Shown: positions 32,927-43,225 of the stretch, one piece after another
Position numbering within the stretch: the first letter of the stretch is position 1
Layout: the number at the start of each line of letters is the position of its first letter
Assembly (NCBI GenBank): GCA_964446245.1
Contig: CAYUNI010000004.1
Location: 1-44,158 of the forward strand
DNA: 44,158 nucleotides
Reading direction: 5' to 3'
Origin: an uncultured Candidatus Saccharibacteria bacterium
GTDB lineage: Bacteria > Patescibacteriota > Minisyncoccia > Phycocordibacterales > XYD1-FULL-46-19
Made by a program: the position numbers and the translations under genes
Notes under the pieces: generated by a model
Databases searched by the model: none
Told to the model about the DNA's origin: nothing
What the model saw: the letters and a program-made list of their open reading frames with translations, nothing else

Positions 32927-33294
32927 TCCTGTTTCCTCCATCCTTTAAATAAACCTTTTATCGCCCGACCTCCTCGACGGAAAAGTGAATGTTTCTTTTT
33001 TTCTATTTTCCTTAATTCGCGAATTACCTGATCCTTCATTCCGTCTATTGCCAGATACAAATCTTTATTGTCGGCAACAATTCTAATTATTTTACCGACA
33101 TAATCCATCGTCATTTCCGCCTTAAAAACCTCGCCCGCACGGTGATGTCTCGTCATCTTGCCAATCTCTATCGAAGCTGTCGTCTCTTTGGCTCGTTCAC
33201 CAAGTGCTCGATCTATATACCCCAGCTTATCTTCAAGGTAAGCGCTAATTCCCGGAGTCATTTCCAAACCAGTGACCTTAATATTTTTTATCAT
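32923..33294 (-). CDS. hpf: Ribosome hibernation promoting factor / RaiA family (short form)
   Basis: 123 aa with the S30AE/sigma54-modulation pattern (IKVTGLEMTPGISAYLEDKL...DLYLAIDGMKDQVIRELRK). Confidence 0.75.
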   Translation of the reverse strand: MIKNIKVTGLEMTPGISAYLEDKLGYIDRALGERAKETTASIEIGKMTRHHRAGEVFKAEMTMDYVGKIIRIVADNKDLYLAIDGMKDQVIRELRKIEKKKHSLFRRGGRAIKGLFKGWRKQD

Positions 33295-33396
33295 AAGTTT
33301 TATAAATTAACACTGGTAATACTTATATTATACTCCGACTATAAATTTCCAACAATCCCGAACGCCAAACATACGTTCGACGTCGGGAGGCGAAGG

Positions 33397-33618
33397 TCAA
33401 TCAGGCAGACTTAATATTTTGTGAGGCGACTGGTGACCGCTAATAATCTTGACTTGGCCAACTGACAAACCAAAACGAGCCGCGATTAGTTCGCGGACTC
33501 GTTTATTGGCCAAATTTCTTTCAGCCGGCTCTCGGACAGACACCCCATAAGTATCGAAACTCAATTCTTCTACTAATTCTTTTTTAGACTTGGCTCTTAC
33601 CTTGATCTTTAAATACAT
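33397..33618 (-). CDS. DUF167 (YggU) family protein
   Basis: 73 aa: LKIKVRAKSKK...VSVREPAERNLANKRVRELIAARFGL...VKIISGHQSPHK matches the DUF167 pattern. Confidence 0.7.
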   Translation of the reverse strand: MYLKIKVRAKSKKELVEELSFDTYGVSVREPAERNLANKRVRELIAARFGLSVGQVKIISGHQSPHKILSLPD

Positions 33619-33638
33619 TCTTAAATTCTAACGAAAAA

Positions 33639-35060
33639 TTAAACTTTTTCCACCAGCATCATATTGGTGCTACCATAAGTCTGTCCCAATGGCAAGCCAG
33701 TAATTAAAAGAATTGTTTCTCCTTTTTTTACTAAATTCTTTTTCTTTAAAATTTCTCTGGCATCATCGCCAAAATCTTTAAGTGATTTCATTTCCTTGGT
33801 CAAAATACCATAACAGCTAAAATTCAAGGCCATTTGATTATACACTTTTTCATCTGGCGTAAGGACCAATAACGGTTTAGCTGGTCGGTGACGAGATAGG
33901 AGTCTTGCGGTATTTCCTGAAGTCGTATAGACCGCAATCGCGCTAGCGCAAACATCATTAAGCACATGGATTGCCGCATGACTAAGCGAATCGCCAATTT
34001 CCATATTACAAGAACGACCTCGTTCTAATAAAATATCATGGGGTAAGTGTTTTTCTGTTTGGACAGAAACTCGATACATCACCTCGACCGCCTTCAATGG
34101 ATGATCGCCTAAGGTTGTCTCCTCCGATAGCATCACCGCATCCGTCCCATCATAAATCGCGTTAGCGACATCATTGACTTCTGCCCTCGTCGGTACTGGC
34201 GCTTTAATCATTGATTCGAGCATCTGAGTCGCGGTAATAACGGGTTTCCCCATTTTATTACATTTCTGAATCAAAGTTTTTTGAATAAAAGGTACTTGCT
34301 CGGCCGGTACTTCAATCGCCAAATCACCACGCGCCACCATCACCCCATCAGTCTCAGCCAAAATCGCATCTAGATTATCGACGGCTTCCTGAGTCTCAAT
34401 TTTAGAAATAATTTTTACCCCTGCTGTTTTGTTTTTAGCTAAGATCTTACGCAACTCTTTCACATCCTCTGGCCGACGAACAAAAGACAGCGCGACATAA
34501 TCAACACCCTGTTTTAAACCAAAGGCTAAATCTTTGCGATCTTTTTCCGTGATTGAGCTAATCGAAAGATAAGCTCCGGGGACATTGACCCCTCGACGGC
34601 CTTTAGTCTCTCCCCCAACCAAAATCTTACAAAAAATTTCATTACCCGAGACTTTTTCTACAATCAATTTTTTCTTCCCATCATCGAGAAAAATAATTTG
34701 ACCCTTTTTAACCTCTTTAGGTAATTTTTCATAATTAATCGACGCCCTCTTTTCATCTCCGACAATCTTTTCAGTTGTTAAAACAAATTTAGAACCCTCT
34801 TTCAGAATCACCCGCTCTTGGTAAAAATCACCGATACGGATTTTGGGCCCGGCTAAATCTTGCAATATGGCAACTGGCAAATCTTGTTTTTTTGAAACCT
34901 TACGAATTCGCTCTATCCGCCGACCGTGCTCTTCGAAATCACCATGGGAAAAATTCAACCGACAAACATTTACCCCATGATTAATTAGCTTCTCCAACAT
35001 CTCTTCACTTTCCGTCGCCGGCCCAATCGTCGCGACAATTTTTGTCTTTTTCAAATACAT
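33639..35060 (-). CDS. pyk: Pyruvate kinase
   Basis: KTKIVATIGPA, NFSHG, MVARGDLAIE and TQMLESM blocks. Confidence 0.92.
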   Translation of the reverse strand: MYLKKTKIVATIGPATESEEMLEKLINHGVNVCRLNFSHGDFEEHGRRIERIRKVSKKQDLPVAILQDLAGPKIRIGDFYQERVILKEGSKFVLTTEKIVGDEKRASINYEKLPKEVKKGQIIFLDDGKKKLIVEKVSGNEIFCKILVGGETKGRRGVNVPGAYLSISSITEKDRKDLAFGLKQGVDYVALSFVRRPEDVKELRKILAKNKTAGVKIISKIETQEAVDNLDAILAETDGVMVARGDLAIEVPAEQVPFIQKTLIQKCNKMGKPVITATQMLESMIKAPVPTRAEVNDVANAIYDGTDAVMLSEETTLGDHPLKAVEVMYRVSVQTEKHLPHDILLERGRSCNMEIGDSLSHAAIHVLNDVCASAIAVYTTSGNTARLLSRHRPAKPLLVLTPDEKVYNQMALNFSCYGILTKEMKSLKDFGDDAREILKKKNLVKKGETILLITGLPLGQTYGSTNMMLVEKV

Positions 35061-35154
35061 ATAAACAATTATTCTTTAAATTTATTAATTAATTTTAATT
35101 TTGTTTGAGCAAACAAGGTTATATTATAGCAAAAAGCTGGCTTAACGGCAAGCT

Positions 35155-35186
35155 AAAAGGCCGAGGCGCCATTGCCCCGGCCTTTT
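35155..35186 (-). terminator. Intrinsic terminator after the SIMPL gene
   Basis: ggccgagg...ccccggcc stem flanked by aaaa / tttt. Confidence 0.6.
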
Positions 35187-35204
35187 AATACCCAAACAAA
35201 GCAA

Positions 35205-36002
35205 TTACTTTATCTCAAAACGCAAAGTGACATTAGCGGTGACCTCTTCTGATCCAGACTCAATCGGCGCAGGTGAGACATTGACCGCTTTAGAAATCAT
35301 CATTACGGGAGCTGAAGCGTCCGCTCCGCCTCGTCCCTCAGCCACCCCGCCCAAATAACCTTCATCTACCGACAAAAGTTTACCCACTCGGAAGCCTCCC
35401 GCCTTCGCAATCAATTCAGCTTGAGTGCGTGCTTTAGCAATCGCTTGCTCTTTAGCTTGATTGCGAAGAGCAACTGGGTCATCGATCGTAAATTGCAAAC
35501 TAGAAATATTGGTCGCCCCGCGAGAACCAACTCCGGCGATTAAAGCACCCAAATCTTTTTGTTTAAAATCTCGCACCTTCACCATTACTGAATTACTAAT
35601 TTCATTACCAATAATTCTCGGTGGCGGACAGACTGTCCCCGCACCTTCACAAGAATAACTCTCATAACGCGGATTGATATTATAGCCCGTCGTCTTTATA
35701 TCTTTACTGTCGACACCTTGTTTTTTCAAAAAATCAATAATATCGCCAGATTTTTTGTTATTATCTTCTCTCGCTTTAGTGGCATCTACTCCACCGACAG
35801 TTAAAACCGTAAAACTAAACTTAGCCACATCTGGCTCGGCTGTCACCTTACCCTCACCACTAGAACTAAATGTTCGATAGGCGGTAGGCAAAGTCGAACG
35901 AGCATAAGCGCTAGAATAAACATAGGCAGCATAAGCAAAAACAATCAATACTAATGCCACCACGATCATCAAGCTTGTTTTAATTTTTTCAATTGTAAAC
36001 AT
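35205..36002 (-). CDS. SIMPL (DUF541) domain protein
   Basis: N-terminal TM. GEGKVTAEPDVAKFSFTV...A...N and the C-terminal ...GSEEVTANVTLRFEIK are typical of the SIMPL/DUF541 family. Confidence 0.7.
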   Translation of the reverse strand: MFTIEKIKTSLMIVVALVLIVFAYAAYVYSSAYARSTLPTAYRTFSSSGEGKVTAEPDVAKFSFTVLTVGGVDATKAREDNNKKSGDIIDFLKKQGVDSKDIKTTGYNINPRYESYSCEGAGTVCPPPRIIGNEISNSVMVKVRDFKQKDLGALIAGVGSRGATNISSLQFTIDDPVALRNQAKEQAIAKARTQAELIAKAGGFRVGKLLSVDEGYLGGVAEGRGGADASAPVMMISKAVNVSPAPIESGSEEVTANVTLRFEIK

Positions 36003-36081
36003 ATAACTTTAATTAAATCTTATAAATTATAATGGGTTCCATACCCTCTTAAATTAATAATTGTAAATATATCATTTCCCC

Positions 36082-37287
36082 CTATCTTGAATCAACTTTA
36101 GTCGCTTTTTTTAAAGTAATCTTAACCTGTTCTGGAGAAATCTTTGTTGGCGTAATAAACGCTGGCAAAGTTAAATTATCTTTCGTCAAAAGAACATTCA
36201 TCCAACCAGCGTTTGCCGCTGAAAGATCAATCGCCATCTTAATTTGTTTACTGTCAAAGTCTCTTAAATCTCGATCGTAGCCGGTTACTGTGACCTCAAC
36301 ATTTTGTGGACTTATTTGATCGACAGCCAACTCTTTTGAAACAAACTTAGTCTCAACTGGTACAGAAAAAGTCTGACTCACCATTCCAATCTGACCGACA
36401 AGGATAGCCCAGGCAGCCAAAGCTAGCCCGAGGGACAAAATTTTTGCGTTCCAGTTTTTAACCAAAAAATAATCCCAAAAACTATTACCAACTTCTATAT
36501 TCTCTTTAATAAAATTTTTTACGACTGCCTCCAGTTCATCACTTGATTCGGCCACTCGCAAGACACCACTTTCGGCAATCGAAATTTCGCCCCGCTCTTC
36601 CGAAACCACTATCGCAATAGCGTCTGTCTTCTCTGTGACCCCAGCAGCAGCTCGGTGCCTAGTACCAGCCTTACCAAACCCTTGATATTTTTCAGCATCA
36701 GCCAAAGGTAAATGGACACCAAAGCGTCTCACTCGATTATTTTCGATGATCACCGCACCATCATGTCCAGGGCTTGTCGTGTCAAAGATACTAAGTAAAA
36801 GAGGCCTCGTCACCTTACCATCAAGAGAAAATCCTCCATCGACAACTGACTCAAGTGGATAATCCCCCGGAAAAACAATGATTGCACCCATTTTTTTCTT
36901 AGCCATCTCTTCCACTGCTCGGACAATGATATTGGCGACTTCATTGGACATTGATAATTTTTTCTGTTGAGCTAGCCGTCGTCCAGAAATAAAAAACCAC
37001 TCAAAAAATCGTCGAATATCTTTCTGAAAAATAATAGCGAAGATTAAAATGAAAAAAGTAAGTAAGGGCTGTAATAATTGACGAGTTAAAGTCAAATCAA
37101 GACGCCCAGCAATGTAAGTGCCGACCAAAAATAACAAGACTGTATAAAAGACAAGATAAGAGCGAGTCTGTTTTAAAAACAAAATCACTACATAAATTAA
37201 AATAGCAACAATAATAATATCCAGCCCATCTTTGAGAGAAAATATGCCGATTAGGTGGTTCAAATAAGAAAAAAGGTTGTAAATCAT
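36082..37287 (-). CDS. cdaA: Diadenylate cyclase CdaA fused to a C-terminal TM plus YbbR-like domain
   Basis: Three N-terminal TM helices. DAC motifs are SPGHDGAVII and GTRHRAAAG. After residue ~270 comes an extra TM (ILSLGLALAAWAILV), then a YbbR-like segment (VPVETKFVSKELAVDQISPQNVEVTVTG...IKMAIDLS...ISPEQVKITL). Confidence 0.8.
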   Translation of the reverse strand: MIYNLFSYLNHLIGIFSLKDGLDIIIVAILIYVVILFLKQTRSYLVFYTVLLFLVGTYIAGRLDLTLTRQLLQPLLTFFILIFAIIFQKDIRRFFEWFFISGRRLAQQKKLSMSNEVANIIVRAVEEMAKKKMGAIIVFPGDYPLESVVDGGFSLDGKVTRPLLLSIFDTTSPGHDGAVIIENNRVRRFGVHLPLADAEKYQGFGKAGTRHRAAAGVTEKTDAIAIVVSEERGEISIAESGVLRVAESSDELEAVVKNFIKENIEVGNSFWDYFLVKNWNAKILSLGLALAAWAILVGQIGMVSQTFSVPVETKFVSKELAVDQISPQNVEVTVTGYDRDLRDFDSKQIKMAIDLSAANAGWMNVLLTKDNLTLPAFITPTKISPEQVKITLKKATKVDSR

Positions 37288-37393
37288 GGTTATTTATTAT
37301 CTAAAATATCATTATAACACAATACACCCACAAGCAAAAATTGCGAATCAGCTTTTTTTAAGTTAAATTTAATAAGTTAATTACAAAACTTAA

Positions 37394-38692
<1,299 letters not shown>

Positions 38693-38700
38693 AAATACAT

Positions 38701-40278
38701 ATGAAAAAACCAATTGTATATATTATTTTAGATGGCTGGGGTATTGCTCCGCCGGGGCCAGGCAATGCCATTTCGCTCGCCAAAACCCCAAACATTGATT
38801 ATCTACGCGCAAATTATCCCTCAACCGAAATCGGCGCCGGCGGTGAAGCGATCGGGCTACCAGCTGGCCATCAAGGCTCCAGCGAAATCGGCCACCTGAT
38901 TATCGGTGCCGGTCGCAATGTTTATTTACCTCAAGGAAAAGTGATGCAGGCTATTAGCTCTGGTGACATTTTTAATAATCCTGCTTATCAAGGCGCGATG
39001 GATTATGTTAAAGAAAATAATTCGACTTTGCATTTGGCTGGTTTAATGTCTGACAAAGGTGTCCATAATTACGACGAAGCGGTCCACAAATTAATTGAAA
39101 TGGCGGTCAAAAATGGCCTCAAAAAAATTGTCGTTCATTTCTTTGCCGACGGCCGAGATACTGGCCCATATGAAGCCAAAAAATATTTAACTCGCTTAGA
39201 AGAAGTTTTCGCCAAATTCGGCGTGGGTCAAGTCGGCACCGTGATGGGCCGATATTGGATTATGGACCGTGATCACCGCTTTGATAGAGTCGAAAAAGGC
39301 TACAACGCCATGACCAAAGGGATTGCCGATTTTACCGCTCATTCCCCGCTTGAAGCTATCGACCAAGCTTACAAGAGAGCCGAAGAAGCCAAACAAAAAA
39401 ACGAAAATTTTGTTGAGAGTGATGAATTTATCAACCCAACCGTAATTGTAAACGAGGCTGGCGAGCCAGTGGGAAAAATTAATGATCACGACGCCCTGAT
39501 TTGGGTTAATTTCCGCACCGACCGCGCGATTGAAATTACCCAAGCTTTTATCGAACCAGAATTTAGTAATTTTAGTCGTGGCCAAAAATTAGATATGCAT
39601 TTTGTGGGAACCTTTAAATATTATGATGATATGCCTGCCCCTTATGCTTACGAAAAAGATCTACCGACAAACACGATGGGTGAAATAATTAGCAAAGCCG
39701 GGCTCCGTCAATTTCGAGTCGCCGAAACGGAGAAATGGATTTATGTCACAACTATTTTTTCTGGTATGCGCGAAGAACCATTTGCCGGTGAAGATCGAAA
39801 ACTAATCCCCTCTGACAAAATTGCCACTTATGATTTGGCGCCAAAAATGCACACCATAGATATTGCAAAAACGGCGGTCGAAGCTATTGAGTCAGATAAG
39901 TACGAACTTATCATGATGAACTTTGCCAACCCAGATATTATCGGCCACACCGGCAGTATTCCAGCGACAATCATCGGCATAGAAGAATGTGACCAAGCGA
40001 TCGGCCTGGTTGTAGAAGCAACCAAACAAAAAAATGGCTTAGTGATTATCTCTGCCGACCATGGCAACGCCGAAGCAATGCTCACCGAAAGTGGCCAAGT
40101 GGAAACCCAACACTCCGCCAATAAAGTGCCGTTTATAATTGTCGACGATGATCCCGCTTATAAAAATATAAAATTGAAAGCCGGTGGGGCAATTAAAGAT
40201 GTGACTCCGACCATCTTAGAAATAATGGGAATTGAAAAACCCGCCGAAATGACTGGCGAGAGTTTACTAATAAGATAA
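38701..40278 (+). CDS. gpmI: 2,3-bisphosphoglycerate-independent phosphoglycerate mutase
   Basis: ILDGWG..., the SSEIGH catalytic Ser block and the ADHGNAE metal site. Confidence 0.9.
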   Translation: MKKPIVYIILDGWGIAPPGPGNAISLAKTPNIDYLRANYPSTEIGAGGEAIGLPAGHQGSSEIGHLIIGAGRNVYLPQGKVMQAISSGDIFNNPAYQGAMDYVKENNSTLHLAGLMSDKGVHNYDEAVHKLIEMAVKNGLKKIVVHFFADGRDTGPYEAKKYLTRLEEVFAKFGVGQVGTVMGRYWIMDRDHRFDRVEKGYNAMTKGIADFTAHSPLEAIDQAYKRAEEAKQKNENFVESDEFINPTVIVNEAGEPVGKINDHDALIWVNFRTDRAIEITQAFIEPEFSNFSRGQKLDMHFVGTFKYYDDMPAPYAYEKDLPTNTMGEIISKAGLRQFRVAETEKWIYVTTIFSGMREEPFAGEDRKLIPSDKIATYDLAPKMHTIDIAKTAVEAIESDKYELIMMNFANPDIIGHTGSIPATIIGIEECDQAIGLVVEATKQKNGLVIISADHGNAEAMLTESGQVETQHSANKVPFIIVDDDPAYKNIKLKAGGAIKDVTPTILEIMGIEKPAEMTGESLLIR

Positions 40279-40297
40279 AAACAAAACTAGAAAAATA

Positions 40298-42034
40298 CTA
40301 GGTGTTTTTTTGAATTGTCACTGCTTGAGTCGCAAGATTGCCAATTGAGATATCCTGTTCCTTATTTGTCTCCAAATAGTGAGGGTCTTTAAGTTCTACC
40401 AAAAAAGTACTCCCCTTACCGATACCTTCCGATTCTGCCCAGATTCGGCCATTGTGGGCCTCCACTATCTGCTTAGCGACATAGAGACCAAGACCCGTAC
40501 CGATAATATTAGTCTTGCCAGCGTCGACGGCACGGATAAATTTCTCAAACAGATGAGGCATTGTTTCTTGTTTGATTCCAATTCCTGTATCCGAGACAGC
40601 AAAGCGGATATGCCCCTGACCACCTTCTTCCCGCCTCTCTAAGCGAACTGTAATAGTACCCTGCTTAGTATATTTATTAGCGTTATCAATCAAATTACCA
40701 ACCACCTGACTAATCTTGCCATAATCCGCATTAACCAAAAACTTGCCTCTAGCCTTGGTAAAATTAAGTGTCAAACCTCGCTTCTCAATCATTGGTTTCA
40801 GCTCATTTATTACGGTCTTAGAAAGATCAGCCAAATCAAATTCAGACATTTCATATTTCATCTTACCTAATTCAATCCTTGTCACATTTAAGAAATCTTC
40901 AATGACCAAGATAAGTTTTTGGCTAGATTCAAAAATCACCTGTACCACTTCTTTGACCTGATCACCCAAAATTCCATAATCCCCCTCAAGAAGCATCGAA
41001 GAATAGCCCTTGATTGCCGTCACCGGACTACGAAGCTGGTGCGAAGCAATCGAAACAAACTCAGTTTTTTGTTTATCTAATTCTTTAAGCTTTTCATTGG
41101 CAATCTCCAATCGATCATTTGCCTTCTCTAAATCCAACGCCAACGCCTCGATCTTCTCCCGTTGACGAACTTCCCTAACCATAACCCTAATCAAAATAAT
41201 ACTAACGACTAATACCAAAATAAAAACAAACGATCTAAACGCAACCAAATACAAATCCTTAGAAAGAATTGTTTCCAAAAAAGTCGATATGGTGAGGAAA
41301 AAAGCTAGAACCGAAATACCTAATACTTTAGGATTCATGAGACGACTTTTAGATAAAGCAAAAGCCACAAAAAAGACAAAAGGTAAAACAAACAAAGCGC
41401 CAAGGGGAGCTATTTTAACATTTAGAAATACATTAGGAAAAACAAAATTAAATAATATTATCAAAAAAAACATCAAAAAAGTTCCGAGCAAAATGAACAA
41501 AGCCGGACGCCTTTCTATGTTAAAATTTTTATATTTAATAATTTTATATACAAAATAAGAAATTCCGCAAAGTACTGAACCAACCGCCACCAATACAAAG
41601 AGTATCATAGCTGGACCACGTCCAACTTCAGTTAATTGACCAACATTAACTTGACCGATTATCTGAGTAAAAAGTAGCGGGGTTAGGGCTGTAAGAGAAG
41701 TAATGAAGACTATCGGCAATATTATAAATTTATAATATGGACTAAATTTATAATTTTCACCAGGATAGACTAAAAAAAACTGAAGGATTAAAAAAGCCTG
41801 CCAAACAGCAAAAAACATTCCTAATCTTATTACCCAAAGGGTTAAATTTTCAGAAGTAAACTGATATTGTAGATAGTTTAAGACCCCCCAAGCACCAGTA
41901 ACTAAAGTAAAAAGCAAGAAGGTTATATTAGTTATGCTTTTTCTATTTATATAAAAAACAGCAAAACCCAACAAAAAAGAACCCGCCACTGCTAAGCCGA
42001 CAGACAATAGATCAAGATTGGAAATAAGCTCCAT
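40298..42034 (-). CDS. Sensor histidine kinase with a polytopic N-terminal membrane domain
   Basis: About 8 TM helices. H-box SIASHQLRSPVTAIKGY, N box NLIDNANKYT, and G boxes DTGIGI and GTGLGLYV. No response regulator is adjacent. Confidence 0.85.
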   Translation of the reverse strand: MELISNLDLLSVGLAVAGSFLLGFAVFYINRKSITNITFLLFTLVTGAWGVLNYLQYQFTSENLTLWVIRLGMFFAVWQAFLILQFFLVYPGENYKFSPYYKFIILPIVFITSLTALTPLLFTQIIGQVNVGQLTEVGRGPAMILFVLVAVGSVLCGISYFVYKIIKYKNFNIERRPALFILLGTFLMFFLIILFNFVFPNVFLNVKIAPLGALFVLPFVFFVAFALSKSRLMNPKVLGISVLAFFLTISTFLETILSKDLYLVAFRSFVFILVLVVSIILIRVMVREVRQREKIEALALDLEKANDRLEIANEKLKELDKQKTEFVSIASHQLRSPVTAIKGYSSMLLEGDYGILGDQVKEVVQVIFESSQKLILVIEDFLNVTRIELGKMKYEMSEFDLADLSKTVINELKPMIEKRGLTLNFTKARGKFLVNADYGKISQVVGNLIDNANKYTKQGTITVRLERREEGGQGHIRFAVSDTGIGIKQETMPHLFEKFIRAVDAGKTNIIGTGLGLYVAKQIVEAHNGRIWAESEGIGKGSTFLVELKDPHYLETNKEQDISIGNLATQAVTIQKNT

Positions 42035-42037
42035 TTT

Positions 42038-43165
42038 TTAAATATTATATTTTATTTCTGGCTCTAACCTCAAACATCTTCCACTAGGTTCTCCATCGTA
42101 CCCTACCCTAAAGCAAATTATAACATTTTTTTCATCTTCTACACCAAAGATATCCTCAACCCGCTTGCAATAATCTAAAATTTTATCTGCCTGTTTTTTT
42201 GTAAAAGGAGAAACTAGGCCATTGATGATTCTTCTTCTGAAAAAAAATATTCCTGTCAAGAGCTGCATGCTCATTTTTCTTTTTGTCGTGTTAAGCCATA
42301 TTCTTTCCAATAATCTTCCGGCCATTAATATATCTTTTTTAGAATCTTTATTGCAAATAATAGCCCCAATAGCACCTGAATGCCTAAAATTATTTGCGCT
42401 AGAATGGCCAACAATTTTTGAAATTCCCAAGAAATTTAACACTTTTGCGATTTGCCATCTTTTTAATAAGCGAAAGGCTATTTTCTCTGGCCCCTTCAAC
42501 TCTAAAGTTTTTATATCCATTCCTGTTCTTTTTTGTTCTTGTTCTTTATCTGTCCACGTAACATGTTCAAACAAAAAATTATGTAATTCTCTTGTGCTCA
42601 AAACTAGCTCTTCATTAAAGCTCAAGAGATTAGATAATTGGTTTATTTTTGTTTTATCATCAATCAATTTTACCTCACCCCAACCAATCTCTTTAGATGA
42701 ATTTATTATATCAGAAGCTTCTGTTTTGTTTATTGATCTTTTTTCATATCTCTTACGATTAGTTTTTCTTTTTCCTATACTTAAAAATAAACCATCCCTC
42801 TCACTCTCATTTAAAACCCCAATTTTAACAGAAAAAACTGGATCATTATCATCCATAGGTTCCCAGAAAATAAATTCCGTCTGGTAGCCAAAACCTTTTA
42901 AAGAGACAATAATATTTTCAGCCAAAGCCCCTTGGGCCATTAAAGTAGCACTCTGATTAAAATTATATAACGATCTATCCCTTTCAGGGATATTAAAAAC
43001 TTTTATTTCATTTTCCGAAACTTCAAATCTCCAGGGCTGAGAGTTGTCACCCGATGGAGCCAGTACCGCATACTTCAACAAAAAAGTCAGTTTTTCTTTG
43101 TTAGTTTTTAAGCCGTAAAAATCCTCTGGATTAATCTCCCATGCTTTATAGTTATCTCCGAGCAT
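42038..43165 (-). CDS. Two-lobed nitroreductase-fold protein (Acg-family-like)
   Basis: AVLAPSGDNSQPWRFEV is the nitroreductase/Acg N-terminal signature. At 375 aa it is roughly double the length of a simple nitroreductase. Confidence 0.6.
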   Translation of the reverse strand: MLGDNYKAWEINPEDFYGLKTNKEKLTFLLKYAVLAPSGDNSQPWRFEVSENEIKVFNIPERDRSLYNFNQSATLMAQGALAENIIVSLKGFGYQTEFIFWEPMDDNDPVFSVKIGVLNESERDGLFLSIGKRKTNRKRYEKRSINKTEASDIINSSKEIGWGEVKLIDDKTKINQLSNLLSFNEELVLSTRELHNFLFEHVTWTDKEQEQKRTGMDIKTLELKGPEKIAFRLLKRWQIAKVLNFLGISKIVGHSSANNFRHSGAIGAIICNKDSKKDILMAGRLLERIWLNTTKRKMSMQLLTGIFFFRRRIINGLVSPFTKKQADKILDYCKRVEDIFGVEDEKNVIICFRVGYDGEPSGRCLRLEPEIKYNI

Positions 43166-43225
43166 AATTTTATTATATCACTCGAACATCACCCAAGCCA
43201 ATTCTAACAGGCTTTAAAACGCCTT

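Noticed and set aside
42222-42887. 221-aa plus-strand ORF, together with similar antisense ORFs at 39196-39585, 23737-24105, 22108-22398 and 20660-20968
   Set aside because: All lie fully inside well-supported genes on the opposite strand. They are Leu/Ser/Ile/Phe/Lys-rich, as expected from AT-rich antisense frames.
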